From: a bacterium | GTDB lineage: Bacteria; Auribacterota; Tritonobacteria; UBA1439 | Assembly (NCBI GenBank): GCA_028716845.1 | Contig: JAQUPF010000013.1 | Location: forward strand, 890 to 64,889 | Length of the DNA stretch: 64,000 bases | Reading direction: 5' to 3' | Shown here: piece after piece, positions 57,753-64,000 of the stretch | How the letters are laid out: the number at the start of each line of letters is the position of its first letter | How positions within the stretch are numbered: position 1 is the first letter of the stretch | The notes under the pieces: generated by a model | The model's database searches: none | What the model saw: only the letters and a program-made list of their open reading frames with translations | What the model was told of the DNA's origin: nothing | Program-made: the position numbers and the translations under genes

Positions 57753-58583
57753 ATGGACGAACTGACCGACACGCACGCCCACCTGACCGACCCGAGGTTC
57801 GACGGCGACCTGGACGAGGTCCTCGCCCGGGCGGCCGCGGCGGGCGTCCGCGCGGTGATCGACGTCGGCGACTCCGTCGGGACATCCGCCCGCTGCGTGG
57901 GGCACGCGGCCCGGCACGACGCCGTCTTCGCCGCCGTCGGCATCCACCCGAACAACGCGGGGCGCGCGGCGGATGACGATCCCGCCCGCATCGCGGCGCT
58001 CTCAGCCTCCCCGAGGGTCGTCGCCGTCGGCGAGACGGGCCTCGATCACGTCCGGGACCGGAGCCCCCGCGCGCGGCAGGAGGCCTTCTTCAGGGCGCAG
58101 CTCCGGATCGCGGCGGAAAAGGGGCTGCCGGTGATCATGCACTGCCGGGAGGCGTACGGCGACCTCATCCGCATCCTCCGCGACGAGCGCGGGGGCGGGG
58201 CCGGCGGCGTCATCCACTGCTTCTCGGGCTCGCGGGCGGACGCCGAGGCGCTCCTCGAGCTCGGGTATTTCATTTCCGTGGGCGGGACGCTCACCTATCC
58301 CGGCAGCGGCGACCTGCGCGAGACGGCGCGGTCGCTCCCGATCGGGCGCATCCTGATCGAGACGGACTGCCCGTACCTCGCGCCGCAGGCGGCGCGGGGG
58401 AGGCGGAACGAGCCCGCGTTCATCATCTCGGTGGCCGAGGAACTGGCGCGGGTGCGGGGCGCCGCCGCGGGCGACGTCGCCGCGGCCACCACGGAGAACG
58501 CGATGCGGCTGTTCGGGTTGCCGCGGCGGCAACAGGAACCAAACCACCGCGGATGCACACGGATCATGACGGATTGCCGCTGA
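57753..58583 (+). CDS. tatD: TatD-family metal-dependent hydrolase/DNase
   Basis: THAHLTDPRFDGD..., GETGLDH, HCR/HCFSG, ETDCPYLAP motifs. The C-terminus (..LFGLPRRQQEPNHRGCTRIMTDCR) reads about 18 aa into a dispersed-repeat copy. Confidence 0.85.
   Translation: MDELTDTHAHLTDPRFDGDLDEVLARAAAAGVRAVIDVGDSVGTSARCVGHAARHDAVFAAVGIHPNNAGRAADDDPARIAALSASPRVVAVGETGLDHVRDRSPRARQEAFFRAQLRIAAEKGLPVIMHCREAYGDLIRILRDERGGGAGGVIHCFSGSRADAEALLELGYFISVGGTLTYPGSGDLRETARSLPIGRILIETDCPYLAPQAARGRRNEPAFIISVAEELARVRGAAAGDVAAATTENAMRLFGLPRRQQEPNHRGCTRIMTDCR
58534..58578. repeat. Dispersed intergenic repeat, inverted copy overlapping the tatD 3' end
   Basis: AGGAACCAAACCACCGCGGATGCACACGGATCATGACGGATTGCC. Confidence 0.75.
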
Positions 58584-58671
58584 TCAGGCAGCGGCCATGA
58601 GTTGATCGAGTCGGTGTTTCGGCAGTGACGCCCCTGCCCGACGGCATCCCTGCCCGATCAGAGGACGCGCG

Positions 58672-59559
58672 ATGAATGAGATTGCCGATCCCTCCCGGGC
58701 CGCCCCGCTCCGGGGCCGGAGCCTCTGGCGCCTCGCCTGGCGGCGGCTCCTCAGGAACAGGATGGCGGTGGCCGGCGGGATCGTCGTCGCCCTCATCGGC
58801 CTCCTCGCCCTCGGCGCCCCGCTCGTGAGCCCGTATGGCTACGACGAGACGTCCCCGGCGCAGTTCAACCCGCCCTCCCGCGCCCATCCGATGGGGACCG
58901 ACATCCACGGCCGCGACGTTCTCACGAGGGTCCTCTACGGCGCCCGGCTCTCGCTCGCCGTCGGCCTCGTCGCGACGCTCGTGAGCATCGTCATCGGCGT
59001 GACCTACGGCGCGGTCGCCGGCTACGCCGGCGGGACGGTCGACGACGTGATGATGCGGTTCGTGGACGTCATCTACTCGCTCCCCTACATGTTCTTCGTC
59101 ATCATCCTCGTCGCCGTGTTCGGCAGGAGCGTCCTCCTCCTCTTCGTCGCCCTCGGCGCCGTGCAGTGGCTGACGGTGGCCCGGATCGTCCGCGGGCAGG
59201 TGCTCGCGGTCAGGGAGAAGGAGTTCGTCCAGGCGAGCCGGGCGGTCGGCGCCGGCCACCTGCGGATCATCGGGAACCACATCCTGCCGAACGTCCTCGG
59301 CCCCGTCGTCGTCTACATGACGCTCACCGTCCCCGCCGTCATGCTCCAGGAGGCGTTCCTGAGCTTCCTCGGTCTCGGCGTCCCCCCCCCGGCGAGCTCA
59401 TGGGGGACGCTCATCGCCGACGGGGCCTCGGCGATCACCATGCTCCGGATCTACTGGTGGCTCCTCGTCTTCCCGGGCGGGGCCATGGCGCTGACCCTCT
59501 TCGCGCTCAATTTCCTGGGCGACGGCCTCCGGGACGCGATCGACCCCCGCATCAGGTAG
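58672..59559 (+). CDS. ABC transporter permease, DppC/OppC-type (orphan: no cognate SBP/ATPase/second permease in window)
   Basis: 295 aa. N-terminal NRMAVAGGIVVALIGLLALGAPLVSPY plus EAA-like loop region typical of the oligopeptide permease C subunit. Confidence 0.75.
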   Translation: MNEIADPSRAAPLRGRSLWRLAWRRLLRNRMAVAGGIVVALIGLLALGAPLVSPYGYDETSPAQFNPPSRAHPMGTDIHGRDVLTRVLYGARLSLAVGLVATLVSIVIGVTYGAVAGYAGGTVDDVMMRFVDVIYSLPYMFFVIILVAVFGRSVLLLFVALGAVQWLTVARIVRGQVLAVREKEFVQASRAVGAGHLRIIGNHILPNVLGPVVVYMTLTVPAVMLQEAFLSFLGLGVPPPASSWGTLIADGASAITMLRIYWWLLVFPGGAMALTLFALNFLGDGLRDAIDPRIR

Positions 59560-59587
59560 GGCGCGCCCCCGATCCGCCGCGGCGGAT

Positions 59588-59647
59588 ACCAGGAACCGAT
59601 CCGCCACTGATGCGCACGGATCATCACGGATCCACACGGATCGCACC
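59588..59647. repeat. Dispersed intergenic repeat, inverted copy (CACGGAT x3)
   Basis: ACCAGGAACCGATCCGCCACTGATGCGCACGGATCATCACGGATCCACACGGATCGCACC. Confidence 0.75.
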
Positions 59648-59925
59648 GCCAACGGCATGTTTTCAATGCCCCCAATACAATGATGCCTACACCCCTCATT
59701 CCCGCAATACAGCCAGCCCCGCTTTCCACCTCGTAGGTGGAATCCTCGTCCAGGGCAAGGCAATATGTTCCGCTCGGGATCGGGCGAGATGCCAAATGCG
59801 GGATACGAACGGCGGAACGGGATCCGTGATGGGGGGTGCATCGGGTCGAAGCGGGGAAAAGGGGAGCGGGAAAAGGGGAGTTGCGCGAGGCGTTCGATCA
59901 TGTTAAATTTGCATATTAAGGTGCC

Positions 59926-60774
59926 ATGAGAGACATGCGGCCGAGCTGGGAGAGGGTCTTCCTTTTCGCCCTGAGCATCATCTTCGCAATCGTCCTCTGC
60001 TTCAGCATCCCGCAGAAGATCCTCGCCCTCACCTTCTTCATCATCCCGATCATCCTCGCGGCGAGCTACTACGGCCTCGCCGGCGGCCTCGGCTGCGCCG
60101 CCCTCTGCTCGGGGCTCGCCGCCGCGGTCATGTGGATGGCGGGGGAGGAGATCGGCGAGGGGTTCCTCCTCCCGCAGATCATCCTCTTCTTCCTCGTCGG
60201 CGGCTTCGCGGGCTTCATGCAGCGGGAGCAGGACCGCGTCCACCAGGCGCTCCACCTCTCCTCGATCACCGACGAGCTCACCGGCCTCTACAACTACCAG
60301 CACTTCCGGACGCGGCTCGACGAGGAGGTGCGCCGGGCGAAGCGCTACGGCCATCCCCTCGCCCTCATCATGTGCGACATCGACCGGTTCAAGAAGTTCA
60401 ACGACACCTTCGGCCACTCGAACGGCAACTTCATTCTCAACAAGATCGCCTGCCTCATCAGGGACGCCGTCCGCGAGAGCGACATCCCGTTCCGCTACGG
60501 CGGCGACGAGTTTGCCGTCATCCTCCCCGAGACCGGCGGCGAGGCGGCGGGGGTCGCGCGGCGGCTCGAGGCCGTCATCGCGGACGACTTCTCGAGGCAG
60601 TACGCCGACGAGGGGGTGCGGCCGCGGATGAGCGTCGGCGTCGCCTTCAGGAACGCCGACGCGCCGCTGTCGGGCTCCCTCCTCATCTCCTTCGCCGACC
60701 AGGCGCTCTACAAGGCGAAGCGGTCCGGGAGCAGGGTGGAATCGTTCTCCCTCGGCGAGACGGCCCCCTCCTGA
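59926..60774 (+). CDS. Membrane-anchored diguanylate cyclase (GGDEF domain)
   Basis: 282 aa. About 4 N-terminal TM helices, then RYGGDEFAVIL active-site motif and DRFKKFND. Confidence 0.9.
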   Translation: MRDMRPSWERVFLFALSIIFAIVLCFSIPQKILALTFFIIPIILAASYYGLAGGLGCAALCSGLAAAVMWMAGEEIGEGFLLPQIILFFLVGGFAGFMQREQDRVHQALHLSSITDELTGLYNYQHFRTRLDEEVRRAKRYGHPLALIMCDIDRFKKFNDTFGHSNGNFILNKIACLIRDAVRESDIPFRYGGDEFAVILPETGGEAAGVARRLEAVIADDFSRQYADEGVRPRMSVGVAFRNADAPLSGSLLISFADQALYKAKRSGSRVESFSLGETAPS

Positions 60775-60809
60775 CGGCGGCCGGCGCGCCGCCTGCACGG
60801 GGACACGCC

Positions 60810-61427
60810 ATGCGGAGAATCATCCTCGCCTCGCGTTCCGCCTCGCGCCGCGCCCTCCTCCGCCGGATCGGTCTCCCCTTCACCACCGCCCGCCCCGCCG
60901 TTCCCGAGTCGCGCCGGGCGCGCGGCGGCTGCCGCGCGCTCGTGGTCTCGAACGCCCTCCGGAAGGCGCGGGACGTCGCCCGGCGGGTCCGGTCGGGGCT
61001 CGTCATCGGGGCCGACACCGTGGTCGTCGAGGGGGGGAGGACGATCGGCAAGCCGCGGACCGCCGCCGCCGCCGCCGCGATGCTCCGCCGGCTCGCCGGC
61101 CGCACGCAGTGGGTGTACACGGGGCTCGCCGTCGTCGACGCGGAGAGCGGAAGGGCCTCCACCGCCTGCGAGCGGACGAAGGTCGTCATGCGGCGGATGC
61201 GCCCGGCCCAGATCCGGACCTACGTGCGCCGTGCCTCGCCCCGCCTGGTGTCCGGGGGCCTCGACGTGAGCGGTCCCGGGGCGGCGTTCGTCGAGCGCAT
61301 CGAGGGGTGCTTCACGAACGTGCTCGGCCTCCCGCTCGCCCGCCTTGCGGCGCTCCTCGATGCGGCGGGCGCCGGCCCCGTCCCGCCGCCGGTCCGGCGC
61401 CGGGCGCGCCGCCCGGGACGGTCATGA
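60810..61427 (+). CDS. maf: Maf-like nucleoside triphosphate pyrophosphatase
   Basis: 205 aa. MRRIILASRSASRRALLRRIGLPF N-terminus typical of Maf. Confidence 0.8.
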   Translation: MRRIILASRSASRRALLRRIGLPFTTARPAVPESRRARGGCRALVVSNALRKARDVARRVRSGLVIGADTVVVEGGRTIGKPRTAAAAAAMLRRLAGRTQWVYTGLAVVDAESGRASTACERTKVVMRRMRPAQIRTYVRRASPRLVSGGLDVSGPGAAFVERIEGCFTNVLGLPLARLAALLDAAGAGPVPPPVRRRARRPGRS

Positions 61428-64000
61428 GGGCGCCCGGGAGGAACGCCGGGACCGCGGGGGTCGTCATCGTGGAGGCCTCCGCCGGCGCCGGCAAGACGCG
61501 CGCGCTCGCGGAACGGTATATCGGCCTCCTCTCCGGCGCGGGGACTCCCCCGGCCGCCATGCGGGGCATCCTCGCCATCACCTTCACCAACGCCGCCGCC
61601 CGCTCGATGAAGGAGCGGATCCTCGGCCTTCTGAAGGAGCGGGCGCTCGGCGCGAAATCCGCCGCGGCGCGGGCCCGGGCGCGCGGGATCGTCGACTACC
61701 TCGTCGGGCACTACAGCCATTTCCAGGTCCAGACGATCGACAGCTTCGTGAAGACGCTCATCACCGGCTGCGCCGCCGAGCTTCGCCTCTCCGCCTCCTT
61801 CGAGGTGCGGGAGGACGCGGGCGCCGCCCTCGCGGCGGGTCTCGACGAGTGCATCGACGCGGCGCGGCGCGACCGGCGGCTGATGGGGCTCTTCAGGCGG
61901 TTCCTCGACCAGTTCCTCCTCCTCGAGCGGCGAAGCGGCTGGTTCGCGAAGGACGACGCGCTCGGCCTCGTCGCCTCCCTCTTCACCGTCGCGAACACGC
62001 GCGAGGGGCGGTTCTCGCCGTCCGGCGTGCGCCCCGCCGCCCCCTCCCGCCGCCGGTCGGTCATCCGGCGGATGCTCGCCGAGCTCGAGGGGGCCCTCCC
62101 CGAGGGGGCGCACGCGCGGTTCGGGGAGGCGATCCGCGCCTGCCTCGGGCGGACGGCCGCGGGGTTCGACCTCTCGGCGCTCCGGAGCGCGTACTTCACG
62201 AGAGACGAGATCCCCCTGCGGAAGGGCGCCGCCGCGGACGCCGCCGCGTCGCGCCGCTGGCGCCGGGTCCGGGAGGAGATCGCGCGGCTCGCGCTCGACG
62301 AGGCCCGGTCGCTCGCCGACTGCCCCGCGGGGATCTTCCGGGCCGTCATGGCGCGCGTCGAGGAGCGCGCGCGGCGGGACGACGTCGTCTTCCTCGACGA
62401 GCTCAACCGGCTGGCGGCCGGCATCTTCGCGGGGAGCGGGATGCCGGTGCCCGAGATCTACTACCGGCTCGCCTGCCGCTTCTCCCACTACCTCATCGAC
62501 GAATTCCAGGACACAAGCCCCCTCCAGTGGGGCAACGTGCGCGAGATGGTGCGGGAGGCGCTCTCGGTCGGCGGATCGCTCTTCTACGTGGGAGACCGGA
62601 AGCAGGCGATCTACCGGTTCAGGGGCGGCGACGTCGGCCTCTTCGAGGGCGTCGCCGCCGACCTCGGCCGGCACGCGCCGGTCCGCCGCGAGGGGCTGCC
62701 GCTGAACAGGAGGAGCCGGCGGGAGATCGTCCGGTTCAACAACGAGGTCTTCTCGTCCGCCAACGTGGAGCGTTTCCTGCGCGCGCGGGAGGCGCGCGGG
62801 AAAGAGGGGCCGGCGAGGCTCGGCGGGGAGGAGATCGCGCGGATCGCCGCGATCTTCGGCGCCGAGCCGCAGGAGACGCCGGAGGAAATGGCGGGCGGCT
62901 GCGTGCGCGTCGCGCGCGTGCCGGACGGCGACGAGCGGGATGCGCGGACGAGGGAGATGCTCGCCCGCCTCCTCCGCGAGATCGCCGGCCGGTACCGGCC
63001 GGGGGAGATCGCCGTCCTCGTCCGGGAGAACGCGGCCGTCGAGCTCGTGACCGCCTGGCTCATCGAGGACGGCCTCGAGACGGAGTCGGAAAAGACGCTC
63101 AACATCCTGAACAACCCCCGGATCAAGGAGATCCTCTCGCTCCTCGCCTTCCTCCACGCGCCGGCGGACGACCTCGCCTTCGCCTCGTTCATCACGGGCG
63201 ACCTCTTCGCCGGCGCCTCGGGGATCCCCCCCGCCGAGACGCGCGCCTTCATCCTCTCGCTCGGCGGGCGCTCCGCGCGCCGGGGCGGCCCCCTCCTCTA
63301 CCGCGCCTTCCGCGACCGCTTCCCGGCCGCCTGGGACGCCCACCTCGACGCGGCCTTCAGGAACGCCGGTTTCATGCCGCTCTACGAGCTGGTCGCCGAC
63401 ATCGCGGGGAGATTCAGGGTCTGCGAGCGGTTCGGCGGATCGACGGCGCACGTCATGCGGCTCCTGGAGCTCATACGGGAGGGGGAGGAGGAGCGGCCCG
63501 CCATCGACGAGTTTCTCCGGTCCCTCGACGCGGCGGGCCGCGACGACCTGTACGTGCGGGCGGCCGGCGCCGACGCCGTCAGGGTGATGACCGTGCACAA
63601 GGCGAAAGGGCTCCAGTTCCCCGCCGTCATCCTCCCGTATTTCGGGGTCGATCCCGGCGGGCGGGGGCCGGTGCGCCCCGCGGTCGAGGAGACCGCGGAC
63701 GGCTTCCGGCTCATCCGGCTGGACGCGCGCTACGCCCGGCTCTCCCCCGAGGTCGCCGCCGCCGCCCGGCGGGAGCGCGAGCGGCGATGGGTCGACGAGC
63801 TCGACGTCGCCTACGTCGCCTGCACGAGGGCGGCGGACGAGCTCCACCTCTTCATCCCGGCGGGGGAGGGGGACGACGGGTGCCTCATCCCGGAGGGGTG
63901 CATGGCGCGCGGCGGCCCGGGACGCGGCCGCGGCGGGGGCGCGCGCGGGGAGGGGCCGACGCCCGCCCTCGAGCCGTCGTTCGGGGACTGGCGGGCGCGG
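61424..64000 (+). CDS. UvrD/Rep/AddA-family superfamily-1 DNA helicase; 3' partial, runs off window
   Basis: No stop in frame to the window end, so it is absent from the ORF track. VVIVEASAGAGKT (motif I), IDEFQDTSPLQW (motif II), VMTVHKAKGLQFPAVIL (motif VI). ATGA overlap with maf. Confidence 0.8.
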   Translation, partial: MRAPGRNAGTAGVVIVEASAGAGKTRALAERYIGLLSGAGTPPAAMRGILAITFTNAAARSMKERILGLLKERALGAKSAAARARARGIVDYLVGHYSHFQVQTIDSFVKTLITGCAAELRLSASFEVREDAGAALAAGLDECIDAARRDRRLMGLFRRFLDQFLLLERRSGWFAKDDALGLVASLFTVANTREGRFSPSGVRPAAPSRRRSVIRRMLAELEGALPEGAHARFGEAIRACLGRTAAGFDLSALRSAYFTRDEIPLRKGAAADAAASRRWRRVREEIARLALDEARSLADCPAGIFRAVMARVEERARRDDVVFLDELNRLAAGIFAGSGMPVPEIYYRLACRFSHYLIDEFQDTSPLQWGNVREMVREALSVGGSLFYVGDRKQAIYRFRGGDVGLFEGVAADLGRHAPVRREGLPLNRRSRREIVRFNNEVFSSANVERFLRAREARGKEGPARLGGEEIARIAAIFGAEPQETPEEMAGGCVRVARVPDGDERDARTREMLARLLREIAGRYRPGEIAVLVRENAAVELVTAWLIEDGLETESEKTLNILNNPRIKEILSLLAFLHAPADDLAFASFITGDLFAGASGIPPAETRAFILSLGGRSARRGGPLLYRAFRDRFPAAWDAHLDAAFRNAGFMPLYELVADIAGRFRVCERFGGSTAHVMRLLELIREGEEERPAIDEFLRSLDAAGRDDLYVRAAGADAVRVMTVHKAKGLQFPAVILPYFGVDPGGRGPVRPAVEETADGFRLIRLDARYARLSPEVAAAARRERERRWVDELDVAYVACTRAADELHLFIPAGEGDDGCLIPEGCMARGGPGRGRGGGARGEGPTPALEPSFGDWRAR

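Overview
High-GC (roughly 70% by eye) bacterial chromosomal window. Diderm hallmarks are present: Lnt, LolCD, an outer-membrane beta-barrel and SecA.

Layout of the window:
(1) Positions 1-11.8 kb, all minus strand. This is a tightly packed cluster of nitrogenase-cofactor-maturation-like genes without any nitrogenase: four paralogous MinD-type P-loop ATPases with an inserted 4Fe-4S ferredoxin domain, a NifX/NafY-like FeMo-co-binding domain protein, a DUF5320 Gly/Cys-rich mini-protein, a PAS/sigma-54 activator, a DUF134 regulator and an L-cysteine desulfidase-like protein. Next to it are CbiM/CbiN metal uptake genes, a porin-like outer-membrane protein, a Cys/His-rich permease, DUF89 and YkoF-like genes.
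(2) 12.2-20.1 kb, plus strand: two paralogous GT-C-type membrane glycosyltransferases flanking a GT4, a secreted protein and a polyprenyl diphosphate synthase.
(3) 20.4-33.5 kb: a tRNA-Met(CAU, initiator-like) followed by a GIY-YIG mini-element with a duplicated tRNA 3' end and a truncated tyrosine-integrase remnant. Then lower-GC cargo: giant secreted beta-propeller and PLD/lamin-tail proteins with Pro-Thr linkers, a spermidine-synthase-like protein, and a CPBP/ABM operon. The region ends at tRNA-Phe(GAA).
(4) 33.7-64 kb, plus strand, conserved housekeeping genes: secA, lnt, prfB with its programmed +1 frameshift, lysS-lolC-lolD, ilvE, mcsA-mcsB-clpC, radA, ispD-ispF-cysS, tmk-holB-ricT-metG, tatD, an orphan oppC-like permease, a GGDEF cyclase, maf, and a UvrD-family helicase that runs off the window end.

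A dispersed intergenic repeat family occurs at 14 or more loci. It is built from 10-bp-phased CACGGAT/ATCCGTG units. Several other small repeat classes also punctuate the intergenic regions.

All family assignments are from motif recognition by eye. No searches were run.
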